A DNA stretch of 64,000 nt from contig CAWDWO010000013.1 in the NCBI GenBank assembly GCA_963806035.1, positions 64,001 to 128,000 of the forward strand, written 5' to 3'. The translations under genes were made by a program, and so were the position numbers. Under the pieces are notes generated by a model. It ran no database searches, was not told the origin of the DNA, and saw only the letters and a program-made list of their open reading frames with translations. Source of the stretch: Candidatus Krumholzibacteriota bacterium (lineage in GTDB: Bacteria; Krumholzibacteriota; Krumholzibacteriia; JAJRXK01). Below are positions 40,672 to 50,343 of the stretch, in pieces. Position 1 is the first letter of the stretch. Every line of letters begins with the position of its first letter.

Positions 40672-43600
40672 TTGGCCATGAAGACGACGACTGCACAGAG
40701 CGCCAGCTCCATCCGGCTCAAGGCTCGCCTTCGCGCCGAGCTGAAGCGCCTGCGTCTGCGCATTCTCGGCAACGGGTTCTTGATGCTGCTCGCGAGCACT
40801 GGACTCGTGCTGGCAGCCGGCGTCCTGGCCTATCCCCTCTGGCCGAAGCTGGGCCCCGCCGCGGCGGGGATCTGCTGGGGGCTGCTGCTGCTCGCTTGGG
40901 TCTGGGTCGCAGTGGTGGGAGTCTTCCGTCCGCTGCGGCTCCTGGCGAACTTGCGCGCCTTCAGCCGCCAGCTCGAACACCACGGGAGCTACGCGAACCT
41001 GCTGGAGACGGCCACCCAGTTCAGCTCCACGCGGGCGGAGGATCCTCTGCGCAGCGGCGCTTCGTCCGAGCTGGTCGAGGAGATTCTGCGGCGCGCATGC
41101 CTCAAGGCGGAGGCGACCGCGCTCGCGCCGCAGATCCCTCTGCTCGGCGTGGGCCGGAACACCCTTCTCGCCCTTTTGGCCCTGAGCTTCTGGTTCGTTC
41201 TGGCGCTCTCGTCGCCGGCGCGCATTGCCGAGACCATGCGCGCGCTGAGCCAGCCACAGCGCCTGGCCGACCGTCCTCCGGAGAGCGGACTCTACGCCGT
41301 ATCCGGAGATCTCGCACTGCCGGTGGGGGCCACCGCGGAGTTGCGCGCGCGCGACTTGATCGGCGGCAAGGAAGCGGTGGTTCTCCAGGTCTCCTACACC
41401 GGCGACTATTGGCAGGACTTGCCCACCGAGGACCTCACCGCCGATCCGGCAAGAAGCCCCTACCTGGAGATTCACGCCCAGGTTCGGCAGGTGGAGGATC
41501 CCTTCCGCTATCGCTTTCGCAAGGGGACGCTCTTCACCAAAGCGCACGAGGTGCGCATCGTGGAACGCCCCGTGGTGCGGGATCTGGCCGCGCAGCTGAT
41601 TCCCCCGGCCTACACCGGCTTGCCCACCACCAAGCAGGACGATCTGGGAGGCACCACCACCGTGCTCAGCGGCACCACCGTGATTCTCCAGGGACGAGCC
41701 AGCGTTCCTCTGGGCAGCGCGAGTCGCGTGATGGAGGGCAAGAAGGAGGAGATTCCCTTCGCGCTCGATGGCGCCGAATTCAGCGATACCCTGCGGGTGG
41801 ACGAGGATCTCGCCTTCTCCATCGCTCTGAAGGGGAAGGAAGGCATCAGCGGCGATTCAGCCATCGTCTACCGCTTCAATGCCGTCCCGGATGAGCCTCC
41901 CAGCGTGCGCCTCACCGCGCCCGAGCCCGAATACTCCCTCGACCGCGATCTCGTGGTGCAGGTCGAGGGCTTGGCGGCCGACGACGTCGGGCTGCATCAG
42001 GTCGACCTTCTCTACAAGACCCCGGAGGATGCGGACTGGCGCCGCGCGCATTTGGTGGAGGACGCCAAGTCGAGAGTGAGCAGCGAGGCGATCACCGAAT
42101 TGCAGATCGACGCGGGAGAGAAAGAACTCGCACTGGCGTTCACCTGGCATTTGGGCGAGGTGCAGCTCTTTCCTGGCGATCTTCTCAGCTACTGCCTCGA
42201 GGCGGTGGACAACGACGCGCTGGTGGGGGGACAGCGGACGAAGAGCCTGGTGCAGCACTTGCGCCTGCCCACGGTGGCCGAGGTTCTGACGAATCAGCGC
42301 AGTGAGCGCAGCCAACAGAACGATCAGCTGAAGGGCATGCTGGATGAGGGTGAACAACTGCAACAGAACCTGGACCGGCTGCGCCGGGAGCTTCTGAAGA
42401 ACCCCAAGCCGGACTGGACCAAACAGCAGGAGATCGAGAAGGCGCTCGAGGACCAGAAGGCGTTCCAGGAGAAAGCGTTGAAAGCGGCCGAGCAGATGAA
42501 CGCCATGCTCGAGGAATTCCAGAAGAACAATTCGGGCAGTCTCGAAATGCTGCAGAAGATGGAGACCATCCAAGAGCTGCTGGAGAAGCTGAAGGACGCG
42601 AACCTCGACAGCTACCTGAAGGCGATGAAGGAAGCGATGGACAAGCTCTCGCCTTCGGAAATGCAGAACGCGATGGAGGATGCGGCAAACGCGCAAGAGG
42701 AGTGGAACCGCCGCCTGGACCGCAGCATCGAGCTGCTGCGTAAACTCGAACGCGAGCACGCGATGGACGATCTGATGGAGGAGACGGCGGAGGCTCTTTC
42801 CCGTCAGGAGAAACTGCAACGCGCGCTGGATCAGAAAGCTGAATCCGCACAGAACGCCGAATCGCAACAGAAGACTGAGTCGCAACAGAAGAGTGAAAGC
42901 TCCAAGGGGGATTCACTCGGCACGAAGGCTCCCGCGCCCGATGAGAAATCGCAGGCCGAGGGCGAGAAATCCGAGCAAATGAGCCCGGAGGAAGTGGCTC
43001 GCCTGCAAAAGAAACTGGCCGAACAGACCGAGGCGCTGGAGAAACGGCTGCAGGAAGAACTCCAGCAGCTGAAGGAACAGAGAGAATCGGGGAAGGCCAA
43101 CGATCCCTCCGCCAAGGAGATGCAGGACGCTCTGGAGGACGCCCAGAAGCAGATGAACCAGGACGGCAAGGCTTCCGATTCGATGAAAGACGCCAGTGAC
43201 CAGCTACAGAATCAAGATCGCAAGGAAGTCACTAAGGAGATGCAGGAGGCGATGGATCGGCTCATCAGCCTCTACAAGGTCCTGGCCGAGGGCAAGAACG
43301 GGATGACCGTGGCCAACAAGAGCTTCGCGATCGAGAAGTTGCAACAGACGGCCTATGACCTGCTCCGCGTGAGTTTCGAGGAAGAGCAAGTGGTGCGGAT
43401 GTTGGACGGTGGAATCAAGGACCAGCGCGTGCGGCCCATCACTCGCCAACAGGCGCGTCTCACCCGCGGAACCTCCAAGCTCTCGGACGACCTACACGAG
43501 CTTTCCAAGAAGAATTTTCTCATCGGTGAAAAACTGCTGCAGAGCATGCGGGACCTGGTGGAGACGATGGAGACCTCGACCCATCAGCTGGAATATTCCC

Positions 43601-44265
43601 GGCCGCGTCGCGCTCACGAAGAAGCCGAAACCTCGATGGGGATGATGAACAAGATCGTGATCGGCCTTTTGACCGCGGCCGAGCAGCAGGGGCAGGGCTC
43701 GGGCAGCGGGTCCAGCGCTTCGCAGCAGATGAAACAGATGGCGGGCGATCAATCGCGACTCAACTCCATGACGAAGGATCTGCAGGAGCGAATGAGGCAG
43801 GGACTCAGCCCGGAGGAGAGAGGCCGGCTCGCCCAGCTGCACGCGATGCAGGAACAGATAAAGCGACAGCTCGACGAACTGCGAAAGTCTCTCGACGACA
43901 AGCGGCGCGTCCTGGGCGACCTCGATCAGCTCTCCGATGAGATGCAGCACTCCGCGCGTGATCTCCAGTCGGGACGACTCGACTCGAACACGCGGGAACG
44001 GCAGGATCGAATTCTCTCCCGGCTTCTGGACGCCGAGCGTTCGGTGCGCGAGAGGGATTTCGCCAAGCGCCGCGAATCGAAATCGGCGGAGCAACTCTAT
44101 CAGCAACAGGAGGGAACCCAGCTCTCCGAGGGTCGCGAGGATCGTAAGCGTGAACTGCGGCGCTGGCTCGCGCCCGACGCGGCGCCGCGCGAGTACCAGG
44201 ACGAAGTCCGACGCTATTTCCGGCGGATCCAGGACGAGCTCTCCACCAAGGGAGAGACGAAATGA
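40672..44265 (+). CDS. Large membrane protein with Ig-like and coiled-coil regions (DUF4175-like)
   Basis: Three N-terminal TMs, PPAYTG, D.PP.V, A.DDVGL, L.PGD...Y.LEA.DND, Q/E-rich coiled coil, C-terminal RILSRLLDAERS...P.EY...V.RYF. Alternative ATG start at 40678. Confidence 0.78.
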   Translation: MAMKTTTAQSASSIRLKARLRAELKRLRLRILGNGFLMLLASTGLVLAAGVLAYPLWPKLGPAAAGICWGLLLLAWVWVAVVGVFRPLRLLANLRAFSRQLEHHGSYANLLETATQFSSTRAEDPLRSGASSELVEEILRRACLKAEATALAPQIPLLGVGRNTLLALLALSFWFVLALSSPARIAETMRALSQPQRLADRPPESGLYAVSGDLALPVGATAELRARDLIGGKEAVVLQVSYTGDYWQDLPTEDLTADPARSPYLEIHAQVRQVEDPFRYRFRKGTLFTKAHEVRIVERPVVRDLAAQLIPPAYTGLPTTKQDDLGGTTTVLSGTTVILQGRASVPLGSASRVMEGKKEEIPFALDGAEFSDTLRVDEDLAFSIALKGKEGISGDSAIVYRFNAVPDEPPSVRLTAPEPEYSLDRDLVVQVEGLAADDVGLHQVDLLYKTPEDADWRRAHLVEDAKSRVSSEAITELQIDAGEKELALAFTWHLGEVQLFPGDLLSYCLEAVDNDALVGGQRTKSLVQHLRLPTVAEVLTNQRSERSQQNDQLKGMLDEGEQLQQNLDRLRRELLKNPKPDWTKQQEIEKALEDQKAFQEKALKAAEQMNAMLEEFQKNNSGSLEMLQKMETIQELLEKLKDANLDSYLKAMKEAMDKLSPSEMQNAMEDAANAQEEWNRRLDRSIELLRKLEREHAMDDLMEETAEALSRQEKLQRALDQKAESAQNAESQQKTESQQKSESSKGDSLGTKAPAPDEKSQAEGEKSEQMSPEEVARLQKKLAEQTEALEKRLQEELQQLKEQRESGKANDPSAKEMQDALEDAQKQMNQDGKASDSMKDASDQLQNQDRKEVTKEMQEAMDRLISLYKVLAEGKNGMTVANKSFAIEKLQQTAYDLLRVSFEEEQVVRMLDGGIKDQRVRPITRQQARLTRGTSKLSDDLHELSKKNFLIGEKLLQSMRDLVETMETSTHQLEYSRPRRAHEEAETSMGMMNKIVIGLLTAAEQQGQGSGSGSSASQQMKQMAGDQSRLNSMTKDLQERMRQGLSPEERGRLAQLHAMQEQIKRQLDELRKSLDDKRRVLGDLDQLSDEMQHSARDLQSGRLDSNTRERQDRILSRLLDAERSVRERDFAKRRESKSAEQLYQQQEGTQLSEGREDRKRELRRWLAPDAAPREYQDEVRRYFRRIQDELSTKGETK
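42835..42900 (+). repeat. Imperfect 18-bp in-frame tandem repeat (about 3.7 copies) in coding sequence
   Basis: aaagctgaatccgcacag / aacgccgaatcgcaacag / aagactgagtcgcaacag / aagagtgaaagc, encoding KAESAQ NAESQQ KTESQQ KSES. Confidence 0.6.
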
Positions 44266-46232
44266 GATTCCCGGGCGCGGTTTTCTTTCTCGGGACCTCA
44301 CTCCTTCTCTTGCCCGCCCCCGCGGCAAGAGCCCAGGCCGACGCGCGCGACGCTCCCCCCATTCTCAGGGAAGCGCCGCCGGACAGCAGTGGGGCATCGG
44401 TGCGCAGGCTGAGAGCTCTCCAAAATGCGAAGCTGCTCGCGGCCCGCGGCCGTTCCGAGGAAGCCATCTCGGAGCTGGAGAACTATCTGAAAGCGAACGG
44501 CGAGGATCGCATCATCGTGCGCGAACTGGTCAGCCTGTACCAGGATGCACGCCGCTTCAACGATCTGGAGAAACTCCTGAAGCTGCAGATCGAAAAGAGC
44601 GAAGGGGTGGACGTCGGAGCCCTGAGGCTCCTGGCGCAGGCGCAGTTGGAATTGGGCAAGGACGACGAGGCCATCGCGAATCTGCAGAAAATCTTGAAGG
44701 CTCATCCGGATGAGCTCTCCTACGCCCGCATGGTGGCGACGGTGCTCGGCCGCTACAAACACGACGAGGATGCCCTCGCGGTGCTGCTTCAGGCTCGCAA
44801 GCAGTCCGGCGATTCCAATGCCCTCGCGCAGCAACTCGGGGCGACCTATCTCCGGATGAACAAGCCGGTGGAAGCGGCTACCGAATATCTGCGGGTAGTC
44901 CTGGACACGCCGATGAACGTGGAATTGATGCGCGCCCAGATTCTCGACATCAGGGACGCCCACCCAAAAGCGGCTCCCGCCATTCGCGCCGCCTGCGAGA
45001 AGCTCTACCAGGAACATCCGGCCATTCCGGAACTGGGTTTGGTGCTGGGAGAACTCCGCCAGCTGGACGGCGAGAGTCAGGCCGCGTGGGAAGTGATCGA
45101 GCCCCTGCTGGACATGAACCAATTGAAGAGCGAGCTCCTGCAGATGGCTCTCGCGGGCTTGGCCGAGAGCCGGCTGCCGGCCAGCGACCCGAGCTCGAAT
45201 CTGAAGCGGCTCCGCCTCAGCCAGAAGATTCTGGCCGGCCTCTTGGCGGAGGAGCGGCTACCCAAGAGCTTGCAGCCGCGCGCCTTCGATGCCCTGACGC
45301 GCACCTGGATCGCGCTTCTGGCCAATTCCTCCTTCGACGAATTGTCCAGCGCGGACCAAAAGGAAATCTTGAACGGAGCCAGGGCCACTCTGCTCACGAT
45401 GATGGAGCGCTTCCCCAACGACAAGCACACCACCGACTCGCTCTTGCGCCTCGCCCGGGCCTACGTCGAGCTCCTGCACCAGCCCGAGGATGCCATCGCC
45501 CTCTACCGCCGCATCCAGATGAACCCCAACGTAAACGTCGACGACATGGAGACGGCGCGCGTGGGATTGGGACAGGCCTACATGGCGGCGGGCGACACCA
45601 CGCAGGCGCGCACGCTCTTTGAAACCATGGGCCGCGACATGAATTTCATCGACGGCCAGGGCCGCGCCCACTTTCATCTGGGTCAGCTCGATTTCATGGG
45701 CGGGGAATTCGAACGCGCCAAGGACCGCTTGCGCGCGGTGGCTTTCGAAGCGCCGTCGGCTTCCTACACCAACGACGCGCTCGACCTCGCTTTGCTCTTG
45801 GCCGAGGAATCCATGGGAGACGACGACCAGGCCGGACTCAGGCGTTACGGACGCGCCCTCTACTTCAAGATGGTGGGAGAGAACGACTCGCTGTTGACCC
45901 AGTTGAAGATCCTCAGCGAGAAGAAGTCACCCGTGCTCAGGGCGCGAGCCCGTCTCGATCTGGCGCAATACTGGTCGGATGCGGGCAAGAACACGCGCGC
46001 CCTGGCCCAGGTCGACAGCCTCCTGTCCGAAGCGCCGACCAGTCGTCTGGCGCCGCGGGCCCTGGAGCTTCAGGGCGATCTCTGGTCGCGCCAGGGCAAG
46101 AGTTCACAGGCGCGAGCGTCCTACGCGCGGCTGCTCGAGGACTACCAGGACTACATCTTCATCGAAACGGTCCGCGACAAGATTCGTGAGATCGACGCCG
46201 CCCAGAGCAAAGAAAAGGGAAATCTGCCATGA
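44262..46232 (+). CDS. Exported tetratricopeptide repeat protein
   Basis: Signal peptide, repeated TPR-like helices. ATGA overlap with the upstream gene. Confidence 0.82.
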   Translation: MRFPGAVFFLGTSLLLLPAPAARAQADARDAPPILREAPPDSSGASVRRLRALQNAKLLAARGRSEEAISELENYLKANGEDRIIVRELVSLYQDARRFNDLEKLLKLQIEKSEGVDVGALRLLAQAQLELGKDDEAIANLQKILKAHPDELSYARMVATVLGRYKHDEDALAVLLQARKQSGDSNALAQQLGATYLRMNKPVEAATEYLRVVLDTPMNVELMRAQILDIRDAHPKAAPAIRAACEKLYQEHPAIPELGLVLGELRQLDGESQAAWEVIEPLLDMNQLKSELLQMALAGLAESRLPASDPSSNLKRLRLSQKILAGLLAEERLPKSLQPRAFDALTRTWIALLANSSFDELSSADQKEILNGARATLLTMMERFPNDKHTTDSLLRLARAYVELLHQPEDAIALYRRIQMNPNVNVDDMETARVGLGQAYMAAGDTTQARTLFETMGRDMNFIDGQGRAHFHLGQLDFMGGEFERAKDRLRAVAFEAPSASYTNDALDLALLLAEESMGDDDQAGLRRYGRALYFKMVGENDSLLTQLKILSEKKSPVLRARARLDLAQYWSDAGKNTRALAQVDSLLSEAPTSRLAPRALELQGDLWSRQGKSSQARASYARLLEDYQDYIFIETVRDKIREIDAAQSKEKGNLP

Positions 46233-47524
46233 ACTCGAGGCTTCCAAGAGCGCGCTTCATTCCAATGCTCGTACTGCTGACGATGCTGCTGGCGATCGGT
46301 GTCTCCTTTCGGGGAGTCGCGCTCGCCAGCGACATCCTCGTCCCCATGGACATGAAGCAGGAGAACCATCTCAAGGCCTACGGTCTGGCCTTCAAGGCGC
46401 TCAAGAAGCACATGCCGGTGAGCTGGCTGCTCAACTATCGCGGCGGCAGTTTTCTCATCCCCGATGGTTCCGTGTTGGAACCACAGGCCCGCCTCATGGG
46501 GGTCACCACCACCAGGGTGAGCCCGGGCGAGGTGGCGCGGATCCGCGCGGTCATCGCCAAGGAGAACATGGACGAGGTGTTACTGGAAGTTCCGCCGCGG
46601 ATTGCGATCTATGCGCCGCCAAACTTCCAGCCCTGGGATGATGCCGTCACCCTGGCGTTGAGCTACGCGGAGATCGACTTCGACACGGTCTTCGATTCGG
46701 AAGTTCTGGCCGGCAAACTGAGCAACTACGACTGGCTGCATCTGCACCATGAGGATTTTACCGGCCAGTACGGCAAATTCTACGGGTCCTTCAAGGATCA
46801 ACCCTGGTACAAGCAGCAGAAGAAGCTTTTCGAGACCATCGCCGCCGCGCACGGTTTCAAGACCGTGCGAGAGCTCAAGGGCGCGGTGGCCCTCACCATC
46901 AAACAATTCGTGGCCAACGGCGGCTTCCTTTTCGCGATGTGTTCCGCCACCGACACCTTCGACATCGCGCTGGCCGGCCTCGGAGTGGATTTCGTCGATC
47001 GACCCTTCGATGGCACTCCGGTCGACCCCGACTACAGGAGCAAGCTCGACTTCTCCCGCTGCCTCGCCTTCGAGAACTTCACTCTCTACACCAATCCCCT
47101 CGAATACGAATTCAGCAACATCGACACTTCGAACTACGCGCGCCTGAGGGGGCCGGAGGCCGATTACTTCACCCTCTTCAATTTTGCCGCCAAATATGAT
47201 CCAGTGCCGACCATGTTGACCCAGGACCACGTAAGCGTGATCAACGGCTTCATGGGGCAGACCACCGGATTCAAGAAGGAACTGCTCAAGAAGAACGTGG
47301 TGATTCTGGCCGAGGTGGAGGGCGCGGACGAGGTCAAGTACCTGCACGGCAATCTCGGGAAGGGCACCTTCACCTTCTACGGGGGGCACGATCCGGAGGA
47401 CTACACCCACGCGGTGGGCGATCCTCCGACCGATCTCGATCTTCACCCGCACTCACCGGGCTACCGGCTCATTCTGAACAACGTTCTCTTTCCCGCCGCG
47501 AAGAAGAAGCCCCAAAAGACCTGA
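46229..47524 (+). CDS. Conserved exported protein (family often labelled 'asparagine synthetase B'), class I glutamine amidotransferase-like
   Basis: Signal peptide, HLKAYG, WLLNYRGGSF, PWDDAVT, LHLHHEDFTGQYGKFY, FAMCSATD, GGHDPED, PGYRLILNNVLFPAA. Confidence 0.75.
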   Translation: MNSRLPRARFIPMLVLLTMLLAIGVSFRGVALASDILVPMDMKQENHLKAYGLAFKALKKHMPVSWLLNYRGGSFLIPDGSVLEPQARLMGVTTTRVSPGEVARIRAVIAKENMDEVLLEVPPRIAIYAPPNFQPWDDAVTLALSYAEIDFDTVFDSEVLAGKLSNYDWLHLHHEDFTGQYGKFYGSFKDQPWYKQQKKLFETIAAAHGFKTVRELKGAVALTIKQFVANGGFLFAMCSATDTFDIALAGLGVDFVDRPFDGTPVDPDYRSKLDFSRCLAFENFTLYTNPLEYEFSNIDTSNYARLRGPEADYFTLFNFAAKYDPVPTMLTQDHVSVINGFMGQTTGFKKELLKKNVVILAEVEGADEVKYLHGNLGKGTFTFYGGHDPEDYTHAVGDPPTDLDLHPHSPGYRLILNNVLFPAAKKKPQKT

Positions 47525-47543
47525 GAGAGGACTGTTTCGGTCC

Positions 47544-47573
47544 TTGACATGGTTTTTGCGCCCTGGGGATAAT
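47544..47573 (+). promoter_or_regulatory. Putative sigma70 promoter
   Basis: TTGACA-18 nt-GATAAT. Confidence 0.6.
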
Positions 47574-47576
47574 CAA

Positions 47577-47730
47577 GCGCCTGTGGACGGTGCAGCCACG
47601 CGCTCTTCGCGCGTGGGATCGTTCAGTTCTCTTCAGGGGGTGGAAGTCCTCGACCACCCGGAGAACATGCCAGGCGCGGTCTTCGTGAGAGGGAGGTGAG
47701 TTCTCCGTTCGATCCCGGGCGGAGTTCGGC
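47577..47730 (+). promoter_or_regulatory. Candidate structured 5' leader (riboswitch-like)
   Basis: Closing stem GCGCCTG/CAGGCGC, internal hairpins, and an SD-sequestering hairpin with an alternative pairing (see findings). Confidence 0.4.
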
Positions 47731-47925
47731 ATGACGATGAAGGAATTTCCCGTGTGTCAGAAATGTGAGAAGGGTGTCCTGCTGCCGCTTTCGGACTACG
47801 GGCGCGATGGCGCTCCGATTCAGTACAAGGCTTGGGTGTGTAGCAGTCCTTCTTGCGGCTTCAACATTCGCATCGACAACGGTGAGATCAGTCTTGGTCG
47901 ACCGATCGCTCAATCATCCAAGTAG
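47731..47925 (+). CDS. Small zinc-ribbon protein (64 aa)
   Basis: CQKC...WVCSSPSC pattern, GGAG 6 nt upstream, own promoter. Confidence 0.75.
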   Translation: MTMKEFPVCQKCEKGVLLPLSDYGRDGAPIQYKAWVCSSPSCGFNIRIDNGEISLGRPIAQSSK

Positions 47926-48724
47926 GATCGCCGTTATCTTCAGGGCCTAGCCGTTTGAGTGCCCACCAGCTGATCACCACTCCGGCAACCGCCAGTGCCC
48001 AGCCGAGGCGGCCGGTCGTCAGGCTGGCCTCCGTCTGCGTGTTTTCGGGTGACAGGGTCACGAGGCTGACCAGGTTGTAGAGACCGTGCGCGTAGATGCT
48101 GGCGCTCAAATTGCCCGTGCGCAGAAACACGATCCCCAAGAGCACGCCCACCGCAATCAGGCCCGCAAGGTAGTAGGGTTGCAGGTGAACCGCGGCGAAG
48201 AGCACGGCGGCCATGGCGACAGCTTGAGCCGCGTCCATGCGCGCGAGAGCGGCCTGTTGCAAGAGCCCGCGAAAGACGGTTTCCTCACCGAAGGGCGCGA
48301 CGATGCAGAGGGCGGCAATGGCCAGCGCCCAGCTCGCCACGGAATCCGGACGCAGCTTCTGCATGCTTTCGAGAACTTCGGGGGGGACGGGCAGGAGATG
48401 CGAATTGAGCGTGGTGATGAGATCGATGGGAAAGATCGAGGCCAGAGTGATGAGGGTGACGAGAGCGAAAGTCTTGAAGCCGAGCGATCCGAGGCGAAAG
48501 CTGAGGAGGGGGGCATCACCCACGGCACGGGCCAATCCGAACGGCAGGAGGATGAAGACGAAGAGGCTCGAGAGCAGAGCAGCCCAGAGTTCGCTTCCCA
48601 GCAGCTCGTCGAGACTCAGCTGGACGCTCAAATTCAGGGCGACCAGGGCCAGGGACAAAAAGAAGAGCCGCGTGAAACTCAGACGTTCGAAGAGCTGGCT
48701 GCTGCGAGGGCGCGGTGTAATCAT
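47888..48724 (-). CDS. CPBP (CAAX protease/Abi) family intramembrane metalloprotease
   Basis: Multi-TM, APFGEETVFRG, LFAAVH, HGLYN. Confidence 0.9.
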   Translation of the reverse strand: MITPRPRSSQLFERLSFTRLFFLSLALVALNLSVQLSLDELLGSELWAALLSSLFVFILLPFGLARAVGDAPLLSFRLGSLGFKTFALVTLITLASIFPIDLITTLNSHLLPVPPEVLESMQKLRPDSVASWALAIAALCIVAPFGEETVFRGLLQQAALARMDAAQAVAMAAVLFAAVHLQPYYLAGLIAVGVLLGIVFLRTGNLSASIYAHGLYNLVSLVTLSPENTQTEASLTTGRLGWALAVAGVVISWWALKRLGPEDNGDPTWMIERSVDQD

Positions 48725-48780
48725 GATTGGTTTACACTAACACCATCGTCACCGCGCGCCACGATCACTGGAGGTTTGGC

Positions 48781-50343
48781 ATGTTCGTCGTGGATTCAGC
48801 CACGATCCGCGCCATCGACACGGCGTCGATCGAAGCGGGCGTCATGGGAATCCATCTCATGGAGGAGGCCGGCGCGGGCGCGGCTCGCATGCTCCTGGCC
48901 AAACCGGATTGGCTGTGGGGCACCACCTTGGTGCTCTGCGGGAGCGGCAACAACGGTGGCGACGGACTGGTAGTGGCGCGACTGCTGAAGGGCGAGGGCC
49001 ACGAGGTGCGCGTCCTGCTCCTCAGCGAGGAAGAAAAGTATCAAGGAGACGCAGCGACCAACCTCGTGCGCGCCCGCGAGGCCGGCGTCCCTCTGCAGGT
49101 TCTAAAGGAAGATGCCGCGGCCGAGCTGTTGCGCATCGCGCGAGAACATCCGGGACGCGCCCTGGTGGACGGCATTCTGGGCACCGGCTTCAGACCTCCC
49201 CTGCGCGGCCGAATTCTCGAGTTGGTCGAGGCGATCAACTCGCTGGGCCGGCGCGTACTCGCCCTGGATGCGCCCAGTGGTCTCGACGCCTCCACCGGCG
49301 CAGTGGATCCGGTGGCGGTCCGGGCCGATCTGTGCGCGAGCTTCGGTCTGGCGAAATGGGGACTCTTTCTGCCCCCCGGGCGCGCCCATTGTGGAACGAT
49401 CCAGACGGTGGCGCTCTCCTTTCCCGAGGAGATCGTGAAGGAACAGGTGAAGCGGAGCGAGAACTCGGCGCTCTACGTGAACAAAACCCTGGCCTCGGGA
49501 TGGTTCAGGCCGAGAGCCTTCGACGCCCACAAGTACTCGGTGGGAAGCCTGCTCGTGGTGGGAGGGAGCACGGGAATGTCGGGCGCCGTCTCGCTGGCCT
49601 CGCTGGCCGCTCTGCGCAGCGGCGCGGGCTTGGTGGAGGCCTTGGTGCCGGGAAGCCAGCGCCTGGTGGTGGATGCCAGCTGCCTGGAGGTCCTGGTCCA
49701 TCCCATGCCGGAGACGGCAGCGGGAACTCTCTCGCCGGAGACCCTCGGCGAGATTCTGGAGCGCTCGCAGCGCCACTCCGCCGTGCTCTTGGGGCCGGGA
49801 CTCGGCGCCGATCTTCAGACTGCCCAACTCGCCATCGAGACCACAAAGGCGCTGAAGAAGCCCATGCTCGTCGACGCCGACGGCCTCAACGCCTTCGCGC
49901 GGCTGCAGACTCCGCTGCGGCTTCCCGCGGGATCGGTCATCACCCCGCACACCGGAGAACTTCGCCGCTTACTCGGTGAGGACGCGGACCTGTCGAGCGG
50001 GCGCGTGGAGAGCGTGAGGCGCGCGGCGGAGGAGTTCTCCACCGTGCTTCTACACAAGGGAGCGCCCACCATGGTCGCATCCCCCGACGGCGCCTTCGCG
50101 GTGATCGGCGCGGGGAACTCCGCGCTGGCCAGCGCAGGAACCGGCGATGTTCTCTCGGGAGTCATCGCGGCCCTCCTGGCGGCCGGGTACGACGCCTTCG
50201 AGGCCGCGTGTCTGGGAGCCTGGATGCACGGAACCGCGGGCGAACGCGTGTCGCTACGCATGGGGGAGGCGGGACTTCTCGCGCGCGACCTGCTCGATGA
50301 ATTGGGCCCGGTGGGTCTGGAGCTGCAAGAGGCGAATCGATGA
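48781..50343 (+). CDS. nnr: Bifunctional NAD(P)H-hydrate epimerase/dehydratase
   Basis: LMEEAG, CGSGNNGGDG, DGILGTG, DAPSG, GPGLG, DADGLN, ITPH.GE, AGTGDVLSG. SD GGAGG. Confidence 0.95.
   Translation: MFVVDSATIRAIDTASIEAGVMGIHLMEEAGAGAARMLLAKPDWLWGTTLVLCGSGNNGGDGLVVARLLKGEGHEVRVLLLSEEEKYQGDAATNLVRAREAGVPLQVLKEDAAAELLRIAREHPGRALVDGILGTGFRPPLRGRILELVEAINSLGRRVLALDAPSGLDASTGAVDPVAVRADLCASFGLAKWGLFLPPGRAHCGTIQTVALSFPEEIVKEQVKRSENSALYVNKTLASGWFRPRAFDAHKYSVGSLLVVGGSTGMSGAVSLASLAALRSGAGLVEALVPGSQRLVVDASCLEVLVHPMPETAAGTLSPETLGEILERSQRHSAVLLGPGLGADLQTAQLAIETTKALKKPMLVDADGLNAFARLQTPLRLPAGSVITPHTGELRRLLGEDADLSSGRVESVRRAAEEFSTVLLHKGAPTMVASPDGAFAVIGAGNSALASAGTGDVLSGVIAALLAAGYDAFEAACLGAWMHGTAGERVSLRMGEAGLLARDLLDELGPVGLELQEANR

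Noticed and set aside
47626..47730. FMN riboswitch, or tRNA (GTTCGATCCC T-loop-like)
   Set aside because: Only one hairpin resembles FMN and the other conserved elements are missing. There is no cloverleaf or acceptor stem.
47888..48724. CPBP protease as the sortase for the SWG-type tag
   Set aside because: CPBP-type sortases act on TM-containing tails, whereas this tag has no TM helix. The gene is 36 kb away with no linking evidence.
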